From: the human T2T-CHM13v2.0 reference genome, Homo sapiens
Assembly: GCA_009914755.4 (NCBI GenBank)
Contig: CP068257.2
Location: forward strand, 6,656,001 to 6,720,000
Direction: 5' to 3'
DNA length: 64,000 nt
Below, in pieces: positions 40,401 to 56,749 of the stretch. Position numbers and translations under genes: made by a program. Each line of letters begins with the position of its first letter. Positions within the stretch are counted from its first letter, which is position 1. The notes beneath the pieces were generated by a model, which had not been told where the DNA came from, ran no database searches, and saw only the letters and a list, made by a program, of their open reading frames with translations.

Positions 40401-42010
40401 ATCCGAGTGGAATTGAATGGAAGGGAATGCATTGGAAAGGAATGGAAAGGATTCCACCGAGTGGAATGTAATGGATTTTAATGGAGTGGAATGGAATGGA
40501 ATGGAATGGAATCAAAACAAATGGAAAGGAATGGAATGGAATGGAATAGAATGGAAAGGAATGGAATGTAACGGAATGGAATGGAATGGAATGAAATGGA
40601 ATAAACACGAATGGAATGGAATGGAATGGAATGGAATGGATTGGAATGGAATGGAATGAATTGTAGTAAACCCGAATGGAATGGATTGGAATGGAATGGA
40701 ATGGAATGGAATAGAATGGAGTGGAATGGAATAAACACCAGTGGAATGCAATGGAATCGAATGGAATGGATTGGAATGGAATTGAATGGAATGGAATGGA
40801 ATGGAATTAACCCGAGTGGAGTAGAATGGAATGGAATGGAATCAACCCCAGTGGAATGGAATGGAATGGAATGCAAGAGAATGGAATGGAATGGAATGGA
40901 ATGGAATGGAATGGAATTCAATGGAATCAACCCGAGTGGAATGGAATGGTATGGAATGCAATGGAATGGAGTGGAACAGAACGGAATGGAATGAAATGGA
41001 ATTGATTGAATCCGAGTGGAATTGAATGGAAGGGAATGCATTGCAAAGGAATGGAAAGGATTCAACCCGAGTGGAATGTAATGGATTGGAATGGAGTGGA
41101 ATGGAATGGAATGCAATGGAATGGAATCAACACAAATGGAATGGAATGGAATGGAATGGAATAGAATGGAAAGGAATGGAATGCAATCGAATGGAATGGA
41201 ATGGAATGAAATGGAAAAAACCCGAATGGAAAGGAATGGAATGGAAAGGAATGGAATGCAATGGAATGGAATGGAATGGAATGAAATGGAATAAACCCGA
41301 ATGGAATGGAATGGAATGGAATGGAATGAAATAGAATTTACCCGAGTGGAATGGAATATAATGAAATTAAATGGAATGGAATGGAATGGAATGGAATGGA
41401 ATGGAATGGGATGGAATGGAATCTACACGAGTGGAATGGAATGGAATGGAATTTAATGGAATGGAATGGAAAAGAATGGTATGGAATCAACCCGATAGGA
41501 ATGGGATAGAATGGAACGTAATGGAACGGAATGGAATGGAATAAAATGGAATGGAATGGAATGGAAACAACCCGAGTGGAATGGAATGGAATGAAATGGA
41601 ATGGAATGGAATGGAAAGGAATACAACAAATTGGAAACAACCCGAGTGGAATGGCATGGAATGGAATGGACTTGAATATAATGGAATGGATTGGAATCAA
41701 CCCGATTAGAAACTAATGGAATGGAATGAAATGGAGTGGAATGGAATGGAATGGAATGGAATGGAATGGAATGGAATGGAATGGAATTTACCCGAGTGGA
41801 ATGGAATGTAATGAAATTAAATGGAATGGAATGGAATGGAATGGAATGGAATGGAATGGAATCAACCTGAATGGAACGGAATGGAATGGAATGGAATGGA
41901 ATGGAATGGAATGGAATGGAATGGTACCAACCAGAGTGGAATCGAATGGAATTGAATGGAATGGAACGGAATAGAATGCAATGGAATCAACTGGAATGGA
42001 ATGGAATTGA
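37480..42010 (+). repeat. HSat3 distal HOR 'E', copy 0 (~4.53 kb form)
   Basis: ORFs at 37531, 38284, 38369, 38659, 38894, 39368 and 39647 recur at 42061, 42814, 42899, 43169, 43424, 43883 and 44142. Offsets are ~4530-4495. Confidence 0.8.
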
Positions 42011-45000
42011 ATGAAATGGAATGGAATCAACCTCAGTCAAATAGAATGGAATAGAATGGAATGGAATGGAATGGAATGGAATGGAATGGAATGGAATGGA
42101 AGGGAAAGGAACGGAATGGAATCAACCCGAGTGGAATGGAATGGAATGGAATGGAATCCACCCGAGTGGAATGGAATGGAATGGAATGCAATGGAATTGA
42201 ACGGAATATAATGGAATTAAATGGAATCATCCCGTGTGGAACGCAATGGTATCTAATGCAATGGAATGGAATGGTACAGAACGGAATGGAATGGAAGAAT
42301 AGATTGAATCCAAGTGGAATTGAATGGAATGGAATGGATTGGAAAGGAATGGAATGGATTGCAATGGATTGGAATGGAAAGGAATGGATTCAACCCGAGT
42401 GGAATGTAATGGATTGGAATGGAATGGAATGGAATGGAATGGAATGGAATCAACACGAATGGAATGGAACGGAATGGAATGGAATGGAATGGAATGGTAT
42501 GGTATGGAATGAAATGGAAAGGAACGGAACAGAATCAACCCAAGTGGAATGGAATGGAAAGGAATGCAATTGAATGGAATGGAATGGAATGGAATGGAAT
42601 GGAATGGAATGGAATGGAATCAACCCGAGTGGAGTAGAATGGAATGGAATGGAATGAACCGCAGTGGAATGGATTGGAATGGAATGCAATAGAATGGAAT
42701 GGAATGGAATGGAATGGAATGGAATTCAATGGAATCAACCCGAGTAGAATGGAATGGTATGGAATGCAGTGGAATGGAGTGGAACAGAACGGAATGGAAT
42801 GGAATGGAAATGATTGAATCTGAGTGGAATTGAATGGAAGGGAAAGCATTGGAAAGGAATGGAAAGGATTCAACCCGAGTGGAATGTAATGGATTGGAAT
42901 GGAGTGGAATGTAATGGAATGGATTGGAATGGAATGGAATCAACACAAATGGAAAGGAATGGAATGGAATGGAATAGAATGGAAAGGAATGGAATGCAAT
43001 GGAATGGAATGGAATGGAATGAAATGGAATAAACCCGAATGGAATGGAATGGAATGGAATGGAATGGAATGGAATGGAATGAATTGGAATAAACCCGAAT
43101 GGAATGGAATGTAATGGAATGGAATGGAATGGAGTGGAATGGAATAAACACCAGTGGAATGAAATGGAATGGAATGGAATGGTATGGAATGGAATGGAAT
43201 GGAAAGGAATGAAATCAACCCCAGTATAATGGAACAGAATGGAAATGAATGCAATGGAATGGAAAGGAATGGAATCAACTGGAATGGAATGAAATGGAAT
43301 GGAATGGAGTGGAATGGAATGGAATGCATTGGAATCAACAAGAGTGAAATGCAATGGAATGGAATGGAATGGAATGGAATGGAATGGAATGGAATGGAAT
43401 AGAATGGAATCAACCCGAGTGGAGTGAAATCAAATGGAATGGAATGGAATGGAATCAACCTGAGTGGAACGGAATGGAATGGAATGGAATGGAATGGAAT
43501 GGTATCAACCAGAGTGGAATGGAATGGAATTGAATGGAATGGAATGGAATGGAATGCAATGGAATCAACTGGAATGGAATGGAATGGAATGGAATGGAAC
43601 GGAATGGAATGGAAACTACTGGAATGGAATGGAAGCAACCCGAGTGGAATGGAATGCAATGAATGGAATGGAGTGGAATGGAATGGAATGGAATGGAATC
43701 AACACGAGTGGACTGCAACGGAATGAAATGGAATGGAATGGAATGGAATGGAATGGAACTGAACGGAACAGAACGGAATTGAATGGAATGGAATCAACCC
43801 AAGTGGAAAGGAACGGAATGGAATGGAATGGAATGGAATGGAATGGAATGGAATGGAATAGCATGCAATCAACTTTGGTGGAATGGTATGGAATGGTATG
43901 GTATGGAATAGAATGGAATGGAATGGTATGGAATGGAATGGAATAAAAGGGCATGGAATGGAATGGAATCAACCCGAGAGGAATGGAATGGAATGGAATG
44001 GAATGGAATGGAATGGAATGGAAATGAATCAAACCGAGTGGAATGGAATAGAATGGAATGGAATGGAATGGAAACAATGCAATGCAATTGTATCAACGGG
44101 AATGGAATGCATTGGAATGGAATGGAATGGAATCACCCTGAGTGGATAGGAATGGAATGGAAGGGAAACTAATGGAACGGAATGGAAACAACCTGAGTGG
44201 AATGGAATGGAATGGAATGGAATGGAACACAACAAAATGGAAACAACCCGAGTGGAATGGCATGGAATGGAAAGGACTTGAATATAATGGAATGGATTGG
44301 AATCAACCCGATTACAAACTAATGGAAAGCAATGGAATGGAATGGAATGGAATGGAATGGAATGGAATTTACCCGAGTGGAATGGAATGTAACGAAATTA
44401 AATGGAATGGAATGGAATGGAATGGAATGGAATGGAATGGAATGGAATACTACAAAATGGCAACAATCCGAGTGGAATAAAATGGAATGGAAAGGACCTG
44501 AATATAATGGAATGGATTGGAATCAACACGATTAGAAACTAATGGAATGGAATGGAATGGAATTGAATGGAATGGAATGGAAACTACCCGAGTGGAATGG
44601 AAGGTAATGGAATGGAGTGGAATGGAATGGAATGGAATGGAATGGAATGGAACAGAATCGAATCCAATGGAATCAACTGGAATGGAATGGAATGCAATGG
44701 AATGGAATGGAATGGAATGGGATCAATCCGGGTGGAATGGAATAGAATATAATGGAGTGGAATGGAATGGAAGGGAGTGGAATGGAGTGGAATGGAATGG
44801 AATGGAATGGAATCAACACGAATGGAATGGAAGGGAATGGAATGGAATGGAATGGAATGGAATGGAATGGAATGGAGTCCACCCGAGTTGAATGGAATGG
44901 AATGGAATGGAACGGAATATAATGGAATGGAACGGAATCATCCCGAGTGGAATGGAATGGTATGGAATTCAATAGAATGGAATGGAACAGAACGGAATGA

Positions 45001-48000
45001 AATGGAATGGAATAGATTGAATGCGAGTGGAATTGAATGGAATGGAACGGATTGGAATGGAATGGAATGGATTGGAGTGGAATGGAATGGAATCAACACG
45101 AATGGGATGGAACGGAATGGAATGGAATGGAAAGGAACGGAATGGAATCAACCCGAGTGGAATGGAATGGAATGGAATGGAATCCACCCGAGTGGAATGA
45201 AATCGAATGGAATGCAATGGAATTGAACGGAATATAATGGAATTAAAAGGAATCATCCCGAGTGGAATGGAATGGAATCTAATGCAATGGTATCTAATGC
45301 AATGGAATGGAATGAAACAGAACGGAAAGGAATGGAAAGAATAGATTGAATCCAAGTGGAATTGAATGGAATAGAATGGATTGGAAAGGAATGGAATGGA
45401 TTGGAATGGATTGGAATGGAAAGGAATGTATTCAACCAGAGTGGAATGTAATGGATTGGAATGGAATGGAATGGAATGGAATGGAATGGAATGGAATGGA
45501 ATACAATGGAATCAACACGAATGGAATGGAACGGAATGGAATGGAATGGAATGGAATGGAATGGTATGGAATGAAATGGAAAGGAACGGAATAGAATCAA
45601 CCAAAGTGGAATGGAATGGAATGGAATGGAAGGGAATCAACACGAGTGGAATGGAATGGAAAGGAATGCAATGGAATGGAAAGGAATGGAATGGAATGGA
45701 ATGGAATGGAATGGAATGGAATCAACTCGAGTGGAGTAGAATGGAATGGAATGGAATCAATCCCAGTGGAATGGAATGGAATCGAATGGAATGGAATGGA
45801 ATAAAAGGGCATGGAATAGAACGGAATCAACCTGAATGGAAAGGAACGGAATGGAGTGGAATGGTATGGAATGGAATGGAAACTACTGGAATGGAATGGA
45901 AACAACCCGAGTGGAATGGAATGCAATGGAATGGAATGGAGGGGAATGGATTGGAATGGAATGGAATCAACACGAGTGGACTGCAACGGAATGAAATGGA
46001 ATGGAATGCAATGGAATGGAATGGAACGGAACGGAACGGAACGGAATTGAATGGAATGGAATCAACCCAAGGGGAAAGGAATGGAATGGAATGGAATGGA
46101 ATGGAATGGAATGGAAGAGCATGCAATCAAATATGGTGGAATGGTATGGAATGGTATGGAATGGAATGGAATGGAATGGAATGGTATGGAATGGAATGGA
46201 ATAAAAGGGCATGGAATGGAATGAAATCAACCCGACAGGAATGGAAAGGAATGGAATGGAATGGAATGGAATGGAATGGAATGGAATGGAAATGAATCAA
46301 ACCGAGTGGAATGGAACGGAATGGCATGGAAACAATGCAATGCAATGGTATCAACGGGAATGGAATGCATTGGAATGGAATGGAATGTAATCACCCTCAG
46401 TGGATAGGATTGGAATGGAAGGGAATGGAAAGGAATGGAATGGAATGGAAACTAATGGAATGGAATGGAAACAACCCGAGTGGAATGGAATGGAATGGAA
46501 TGGAATGGAATGGAATGGAATGGAATACAACAAAATGGAAACAACCCGAGTGGAATGGCATGGAATGGAAAGGACTTGAATATAATGGAATGGATTGGAA
46601 TCCACCCGATTAGAAACTAATGGAATTGAATGGAATGGAATGGAATAGAATGGAATGGAATGGAATGGAATGGAATGGAATCTACCCGAGTGGAATGGAA
46701 TTGAATGGAATTCAATGGAATGGAATGGAATAGAATGGTATGGAATCAACCCGTGTGGAATGGTATAGAATGGAACGTAATGGAACGGAATGGAATGGAA
46801 TAAAACAGAATGGAATGGAATGGAAACAACCCGAGTGGGATGGAATGGAATGGAATGGAGTGGAATGGAATGGAATAGAATGGAATGGAATGAAATGGAA
46901 TAGAATGAAATGGAAAGGAATGGAATGGAAATAACCCGAGTGGAATGGAATGGAATGGAATGGAATGGAATGGAATCAACCCGAGTTAAATGGAATGGAA
47001 TGGAATGGAACGGAATATAATGGAATGTAACGGAATCATCCCGACTGGAATGGAATGGTATGGAATGCAATGGAATGGAGTGGAACAGAACGGAATGGAA
47101 TGGAATGGAATTGATTGAAACCGAGTGGAATTGAATGGAAGGGAATGCATTGGAAAGGAATGGAAAGGATTCAACCCGAGTGGAATGTAATGGATTGGAA
47201 TGGAGTGGAATGGAATGGAATGGAATGGAATGGAATGGAATCAACACAAATGGAATGGAATGGAATGGAATGGAATGGAATAGAATGGAAAGGAAAGGAA
47301 TGCAAAGGAATGGAAAGGAATGGAATGAAATGGAATAAACCCGAATGGAATGGAATGGAATGGAATGGAATGGAATGGAATGGAATGAATTGGAATAAAC
47401 CCGAATGGAATGGAATGGAATGGAATGGATTGGAATGGAATGGAATGGAGTGGAATGGAATAAACACCAGTTTAATGAAATGGAATGGAATGGAATGGAA
47501 TGGAATGGAAAGGAATGAAATCAAACCGAGTAGAATGGAACACAATGGAATGGATTGGAATGGAATGGAAAAGAATGGAGTCAACTGGAATGGAATGAAA
47601 TGGAATGGAATGGAGTGCAATGGAATGGAATGCAATGGAATCAACAAGAGTGAAATGCAATGGAATGGAATGGAATGGGATGGAATGGAATGGAATGGAA
47701 ACTACCCGAGTGGAATGGAAGGTAATGGAATGGAGTGGAATGGAATGGAATGGAATGGAATGGAACAGAATCGAATCCAATGGAATCAACTGGAATGGAA
47801 TGGAATGGAATGGAATGGAATGGAATGGAATGGAATGGAATCAATCCGGGTGGAATGGAATGGAATATAATGGAGTGGAATGGAATGGAAGGGAGTGGAA
47901 TGGAGTGGAATGGAATGGAATTGGAATGGAATCAACCCGAATGGAATGGAACGGAATGGAATGGAATGGAATGGAATGGAGTCCACCCGACTTGAATGGA

Positions 48001-49609
48001 ATGGAATGGAATGGAATGGAATATAATGGAATGGAACGGAATCATCCCGAGTGTAATGTAATGGTATGGAATTCAATAGAATGGAATGGAACAGAACGGA
48101 ATGAAATGGAATGGAATAGATTGAATGCGAGTGGAATTGAATGGAATGGAACGGATTGGAATGGAATGGAATGGATTGGAGTGGAATGGAATGGAATCAA
48201 GACCAATGGGATGGAACGGAATGGAATGGAATGGAAAGGAACGGAATGGAATCAACCCGAGTGGAATGGAATGGAATGGAATAGAATCCACCCGAGTGGA
48301 ATGGAATCGAATGGAATGCAATGGAATTGAACGGAATATAATGGAATTAAAAGGAATCATCCCGAGTGGAATGGAATGGAATCTAATGCAATGGTATCTA
48401 ATGCAATGGAATGGAATGAAACAGAACGGAAAGGAATGGAAAGAATAGATTGAATCTAAGTGGAATTGAATGGAATGGAATGGATTGGAAAGGAATGGAA
48501 TGGATTGGAATGGATTGGAATGGAAAGGAATGTATTCAACCAGAGTGGAATGTAATGGATTGGAATGGAATGGAATGGAATGGAATGAAATGGAATGGAA
48601 TGGAATGGAATGGAATGGAATGGAATCAACACGCATGGAATGGAACAGAATGGAATGGAATGGAATGGTATGGAATGAAATGGAAAGGAACGGAATAGAA
48701 TCAACCAAAGTGGAATGGAATGGAATGGAATGGAAGGGAATCAACACGAGTGGAATGGAATGGAAAGGAATGGAAAGGAATGCAATGGAATGGAATGGAA
48801 TGGAACGGAATGGAATGGAATGGAATGGAATGGAATGGAATGGAATGGAATGGAATCAACTCGAGTGGAGTAGAATGGAATGGAATGGAATCAACCCCAG
48901 TGGAATGGAATGGAATCGAATGGAAAGGAATGGAATAAACGGGCATGGAATAGAACCGAATCATCCTGAATGGAAAGGAACGGAATGGAGTGGAATGGTA
49001 TGGAATGGAATGGAATGGAAGGGAATCAACCCGAAGGGAATGGAATGAAATGGAATGGAATGGAATGGAATCGAATGGAATCAACCCGAGTGTACTGCAA
49101 CGAAATGAAATGGAATGGAATGGAATGGAAAGGAACAGAACGGAACGGAACGGAATTGAATGGAATGGAATCAACCCAAGTGGAAAGGAATGGAATGGAA
49201 TATAATGGAATGGAATGGAATAGCATGCAATCAAATTTGGTGGAATGGTATGGAATGGTATGGAATGGAATGGAATGGAATGGAATGGAATGGAATGGAA
49301 ACAACTGGAATCGAATGAAATGGAATGGAATGGAGTGGAATGGAATGGAATGCAATGGAATCAACAAGAGTGAAATGCAATGGAATGGAATGGAATGGGA
49401 TGGAATGGAATGGAATCAACCTGAGTGGAGTAGAATGGAATGGAATGGAATGGAATGGAATGGAATGGAATGGAATCAACCTGAGTTGAACGGAATGGAA
49501 TGGAATGGAATGGAATGGAATGGTATCAACCAGAGTGGAATGGAATGGAATTGAATGGAATGGAACGGAATGGAATGCAATGGAATCAACTGGAATGGAA
49601 TGGAATTGA
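42011..49609 (+). repeat. HSat3 distal HOR 'E', copy 1 (~7.60 kb). Contains an internal duplicated block X (44517-46310) and X' (~47605-49400).
   Basis: The block order (starts 42011, 42814, 43169, 43424, 44142, 44517, 46311, 46740, 47115) recurs at 49610 onward. X and X' share near-identical ORFs, e.g. 44762 with 47605-48330 and 45346 with 48450. Confidence 0.8.
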
Positions 49610-52600
49610 ATGAAATGGAATGGAATCAACCTCAGTCAAATAGACTGGAATGGAATGGAATGGAATGGAATGGAATGGAATGGAATGGAATGGAAGGGAA
49701 AGGAACGGAATGGAATCAACCCGAGTGGAATGGAATGGAATGGAATGGAATCCACCCGAGTGGAATGGAATGGAATGGAATGCAATGGAATTGAACGGAA
49801 TATCATGGAATTAAATGGAATCATCCCGTGTGGGACGGAATGGTATCTAATGCAATGGAATGGAATGGAACAGAACGGAATGGAATGGAAGAATAGATTG
49901 AATCCAAGTGGAATTGAATGGAATGGAATGGATTGGAAAGGAATGGAATGGATTGCAATGGATTGGAATGGAAAGGAATGGATTCAACCCGAGTGGAATG
50001 TAATGGATTGGAATGGAATGGAATGGAATGGAATGGAATGGAATGGAATCAACACGAATGGAATGGAACGGAATGGAATGGAATGGAATGGAATGGAATG
50101 GTATGGAATGAAATGGAAAGGAACGGAACAGAATCAACCCAAGTGGAATGGAATGGAAAGGAATGCAATTGAATGGAATGGAATGGAATGGAATGGAATG
50201 GAATGGAATGGAATGGAATCAACCCGAGTGGAGTAGAATGGAATGGAATGGAATGAACCGCAGTGGAATGGAATGGAATGGAATGCAATAGAATGGAGTG
50301 GAATGGAATGGAACGGAATTCAATGGAATCAACCCGAGTGGAATGGAATGGTATGGAATGCAGTGGAATGGAGTGGAACAGAACGGAATGGAATGGAATG
50401 GAAATGATTGAATCTGAGTGGAATTGAATGGAAGGGAAAGCATTGGAAAGGAATGGAAAGGATTCAACCCGAGTGGAATGTAATGGATTGGAATGGAGTG
50501 GAATGTAATGGAATGGATTGGAATGGAATGGAATCAACACAAATGGAAAGGAATGGAATGGAATGGAATAGAATGGAAAGGAACGGAATGCAATGGAATG
50601 GAATGTAATGGAATGAAATGGAATAAACCCGAATGGAATGGAATGGAATGGAATGGAATGGAATGGAATGGAATGGAGTGGAATGGAATAAACACCAGTG
50701 GAATGAAATGGAATGGAATGGAATGGTATGGAATGGAATGGAATGGAAAGGAATGAAATCAACCCCAGTATAATGGAACAGAATGGAAATGAATGCAATG
50801 GAATGGAAAGGAATGGAATCAACTGGAATGGAATGAAATGGAATGGAATGGAGTGGAATGGAATGGAATGCATTGGAATCAACAAGAGTGAAATGCAATG
50901 GAATGCAATGGAATGGAATGGAATGGAATGGAATGGAATGGAATGGAATAGAATGGAATCAACCCGAGTGGAGTGAAATCAAATGGAATGGAATAGAATG
51001 GAATCAACCTGAGTGGAACGGAATGGAATGGAATGGAATGGTATCAACCAGAGTGGAATGGAATGGAATTGAATGGAATGGAATGGAATGGAATGCAATG
51101 GAATCAACTGGAATGGAATGGAATGGAATGGAATGGAACGGAATTGAATGGAAACTACTGGAATGGAATGGAAACAACCCGAGTGGAATGGCATGCAATG
51201 AATGGAATGGAGTGGAATGGAATGGAATGGAATGGAATCAACACGAGTGTACTGCAATGGAATGAAATGGAATGGAATGGAATGGAATGGAAAGGAACAG
51301 AACGGAACAGAACGGAATTGAATGGAATGGAATCAACCCAAGTGGAAAGGAATGGAATGGAATGGAATGGAAGGAATGGAATGGAATGGAATGGAATAGC
51401 ATGCAATCAACTTTGGTGGAATGGTATGGAATGGTATGGTATGGAATGGAATGGAATGGAATGGAATGGAATGGAATGGAAATGAATCAAACCGAGTGGA
51501 ATGGAATAGAATGGAATGGAATGGAATGGAAACAATGCAATGCAATTGTATCAACGGGAATGCAATGCATTGGAATGGAATGGAATGGAATCACCCTGAG
51601 TGGATAGGAATGGAATGGAAGGGAGTGGAAAGGAATGGAATGGAATGGAAACTAATGGAATGGAATGGAAACAACCCGAGTGGAATGGAATGGAATGGAA
51701 TGGAATGGAATGGAATGGAATGGAATACAACAAAATGGAAACAACTCGAGTGGAATGGCATGGAATGGAAAGGACTTGAATATAATGGAATGGATTGGAA
51801 TCAACCCGATTACAAACTAATGGAAAGCAATGGAATGGAATGGAATGGAATTTACCCGAGTGGAATGGAATGTAACGAAATTAAATGGAATGGAATGGAA
51901 TGGAATGGAATGGAATGGAATGGAATGGAATACTACAAAATGGCAACAATCCGAGTGGAATGGCATGGAATGGAAAGGACCTGAATATAATGGAATGGAT
52001 TGGAATCAACACGATTAGAAACTAATGGAATGGAATGGAATGGAATGGAATGGAATGGAATGGAAACTACCCGAGTGGAATGGAATGTAATGGAATGGAG
52101 TGGAGTGGAATGGAATGGAATGGAATGGAATGGAACAGAATCGAATCCAATGGAATCAACTGGAATGGAATGGAATGCAATGGAATGGAATGGAATGGAA
52201 TGGGATCAATCCGGGTGGAATGGAATAGAATATAATGGAGTGGAATGGAATGGAAGGGAGTGGAATGGAGTGGAATGGAATGGAATTGAATGGAATCAAC
52301 ACGAATGGAATGGAAGGGAATGGAATGGAATGGAATGGAATGGAATGGAATGGAATGGAGTCCACCCGAGTTGAATGGAATGGAATGGAATGGAACGGAA
52401 TATAATGGAATGGAACGGAATCATCCCGAGTGGAATGGAATGGTATGGAATTCAATAGAATGGAATGGAACAGAACGGAATGAAATGGAATGGAATAGAT
52501 TGAATGCGAGTGGAATTGAATGGAATGGAACGGATTGGAATGGAATGGAATGGATTGGAGTGGAATGGAATGGAATCAACACGAATGGGATGGAACGGAA

Positions 52601-55600
52601 TGGAATGGAATGGAAAGGAATGGAATGGAATCAACCCGAGTGGAATGGAATGGAATGGAATGGAATCCACCCGAGTGGAATGGAATCGAATGGAATGCAA
52701 TGGAATTGAACGGAATATAATGGAATTAAAAGGAATCATCCCGAGTGGAATGGAATGGAATCTAATGCAATGGTATCTAATGCAATGGAATGGAATGAAA
52801 CAGAACGGAAAGGAATGGAAAGAATAGATTGAATCCAAGTGGAATTGAATGGAATGGAATGGATTGGAAAGGAATGGAATGGATTGGAATGGATTGGAAT
52901 GGAAAGGAATGTATTCAACCAGAGTGGAATGTAATGGATTGGAATGGAATGGAATGGAATGGAATGGAATGGAATGGAATGGAATGCAATGGAATCAACA
53001 CGAATGGAATGGAATGGAATGGAATGGAATGGAATGGAATGGAATGGAATGGAATGAAATGGAAAGGAACGGAATAGAATCAACCAAAGTGGAATGGAAT
53101 GGAATGGAATGGAAGGGAATCAACACGAGTGGAATGGAATGGAAAGGAATGCAATGGAATGGAAAGGAATGGAATGGAATGGAAAGGAATGGAATGGAAT
53201 GGAATGGAATCAACTCGAGTGGAGTAGAATGGAATGGAATGGAATCAACCCCAGTGGAATGGAATGGAATCGAATGGAATGGAATGGAATAAAAGGGCAT
53301 GGAATAGAACGGAATCAACCTGAATGGAAAGGAACGGAATGGAGTGGAATGGTATGGAATGGAATGGAAACTACTGGAATGGAATGGAAACAACCCGAGT
53401 GGAATGGAATGCAATGGAATGGAATGGAGGGGAATGGATTGGAATGGAATGGAATCAACACGAGTGGACTGCAACGGAATGAAATGGAATGGAATGGAAT
53501 GGAATGGAATGGAACGGAACGGAACGGAACGGAATTGAATGGAATGGAATCAACCCAAGGGGAAAGGAATGGAATGGAATGGAATGGAATGGAATGGAAT
53601 GGAAGAGCATGCAATCAAATTTGGTGGAATGGTATGGAATGGTATGGAATGGAATGGAATGGAATGGAATGGAATGGTATGGAATGGAATGGAATAAAAG
53701 GGCATGGAATGGAATGAAATCAACCCGACAGGAATGGAAAGGAATGGAATGGAATGGAATGGAATGGAATGGAATGGAATGGAATGGAAATGAATCAAAC
53801 CGAGTGGAATGGAACGGAATGGCATGGAAACAATGCAATGCAATGGTATCAACGGGAATGGAATGCATTGGAATGGAATGGAATGGAATCACCCTGAGTG
53901 GATAGGATAGGAATGGAAGGGAATGGAAAGGAATGGAATGGAATGGAAACTAATGGAATGGAATGGAAACAACCCAAGTGGAATGGAATGGAATGGAATG
54001 GAATGGAATGGAATGGAATGGAATGGAATGGAATACAACAAAATGGAAACAACCCGAGTGGAATGGCATGGAATGGAAAGGACTTGAATATAATGGAATG
54101 GATTGGAATCCACCCGATTAGAAACTAATGGAATTGAATGGAATGGAATGGAATAGAATGGAATGGAATGGAATGGAATGGAATGGAATGGAATCTACCC
54201 GAGTGGAATGGAATTGAATGGAATTTAATGTAATGGAATAGAATAGAATGGTATCGAATCAACCCGAGTGGAATGGTATAGAATGGAACGTAATGGAACG
54301 GAATGGAATGGAATAAAACAGAATGGAATGGAATGGAAACAACTCGAGTGGGATGGAATGGAATGGAATGGAGTGGAATGGAATGGAACAGAATGGAATG
54401 GAATGAAATGGAATAGAATGAAATGGAAATGAATGGAATGGAAATAACCCGAGTGGAATGGAATGGAATGGAATGGAATGGAATGGAAAGGAATCAACCC
54501 GAGTTAAATGGAATGGAATGGAATGGAACGGAATATAATGGAATGGAACGGAATCATCCCGACTGGAATGGAATGGTATGGAATGCAATGGAATGGAGTG
54601 GAACAGAACGGAATGGAATGGAATGGAATTGATTGAATCCGAGTGGAATTGAATGGAAGGGAATGCATTGGAAAGGAATGGAAAGGATACAACCCGAGTG
54701 GAATGTAATGGATTGGAATGGAGTGGAATGGAATGGAATGGAATGGAATGGAATGAAATCAACAGAAATGGAATGGAATGGAATGGAATGGAATAGAATG
54801 GAAAGGAATGGAATGCAAAGGAATGGAATGGAATGGAATGAAATGGAATAAACCCGAATGGAATGGAATGGAATGGAATGGAATGGAATGGAATGGAATG
54901 GAATGAATTGGAATAAACCCGAATGGAATGGAATGGAATGGAATGGAATGGAATGGAATGGAATGGAGTGGAATGGAATAAACACCAGTTTAATGAAATG
55001 GAATGGAATGGAATGGAATGGAATGGAATGGAAAGGAATGAAATCAAACCGAGTAGAATGGAACACAATGGAATGGATTGGAATGGAATGGAAAAGAATG
55101 GAATCAACTGGAATGGAATGAAATGGAATGGAATGGAGTGCAATGGAATGGAATGCAATGGAATCAACAAGAGTGAAATGCAATGGAATGGAATGGAATG
55201 GAATGGAATGGAATGGAATGGAATGGAATAGAATGGAATCAACACGAGTGGAGTGAAATAAAATGGAATGGAATGGAATAGAATCAACCTGAGTGGAACG
55301 GAATGGAATGGAATGGAATGGTATCAACCAGAGTGGAATGGAATGGAATTGAATGGAATGGAACGGAATGGAATGCAATGGAATGAACTGGAATGGAATG
55401 GAATGGAATGGAATGGAACGGAATCAACCTGAGTCAAATAGAATGGAATGGAATGGAATGGAAAGGAATGGAATGGATTTGAATGGAATGGAATGAATTG
55501 TAATAAACCCGAATGGAATGGAATGGAATGGAATGGAATAGAATGGAGTGGAATGGAATAAACACCAGTGGAATGCAATGGAATCGAATGGAATGGATTG

Positions 55601-56749
55601 GAATGGAATTGAATGGAATGGAATGGAATGGAATTAACCCGAGTGGAGTAGAATGGATTGGAATGGAATCAACCCCAGTGGAATGGAATGGAATGGAATG
55701 CAAGAGAATGGAATGGAATGGAATGGAATGGAATTGACTGAATCCGAGTGGAATTGAATGGAAGGGAATGCATTGCAAAGGAATGGAAAGGATTCAACCC
55801 GAGTGGAATGTAATGGATTGGAATGGAGTGGAATGGAATGGAATGCAATGGAATGGAATGGAATGGAATGGAATAGAATGGAAAGGAATGGAATGCAATC
55901 GAATGGAATGGAATGGAATGAAATGGAATAAACCCGAATGGAAAGGAATGTAATGGAAAGGAATGGAATGCAATGGAATGGAATGGAATGGAATGAAATG
56001 AAATGGAATAAACCCGAATGGAATGGAATGGAATGGAATGGAATGGAATGGAATGGAATGGAATGGAATTTACCCGAGTGGAATGGAATATAATGAAATT
56101 AAATTGAATGGAATGGAATGGAATGGAATGGAATGGAATGGAATGGAATGGAATCTACCCGAGTGGAATGGAATGGAATGGAATTTAACGGAATGGAATG
56201 GAAAAGAATGGTATGGAATCAACCCAAGAGGAATGGGATAGAATGGAATGTAATGGAACGGAATGGAATGGAATAAAATGGAATGGAATGGAATGGAAAC
56301 AACCCGAGTGGAATGGAATGGAATGAAATGGAATGGAATGGAATGGAAAGGAATACAACAAAATGGAAACAACCCGAGTGGAATGGCATGGAATGGAAAG
56401 GACTTGAATATAAAGGAATGGATTGGAATCAACCCGATTAGAAACTAATGGAATGGAATGAAATGGAGTGGAATGGAATGGAATGGAATGGAATGGAATG
56501 GAATGGAATGGAATTTACCCGAGTGGAATGGAATGTAATGAAATTAAATGCAATGGAATGGAATTGAATGGAATGGAATGGAATGGAATCAACCTGAGTG
56601 GAACGGAATGGAATGGAATGGAATGGAATGGAATGGAATGGAATGGAATGGAATGGAATGGTATCAACCAGAGTGGAATGGAATGGAATTGAATGGAATG
56701 GAACGGAATAGAATGCAATGGAATCAACTGCAATGGAATGGAATTGAAT
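49610..56749 (+). repeat. HSat3 distal HOR 'E', copy 2 (~7.14 kb). Its tail 55400-56749 matches 40400-42010 of copy 0, not the X' tail of copy 1.
   Basis: ORFs at 49610, 50408, 50713, 50843, 51421, 52000, 52829, 53898, 54633 are colinear with copy 1. ORFs 55513, 55768, 56023, 56263 and 56468 match 40611, 41026, ~41340, 41531 and 41726. Confidence 0.8.
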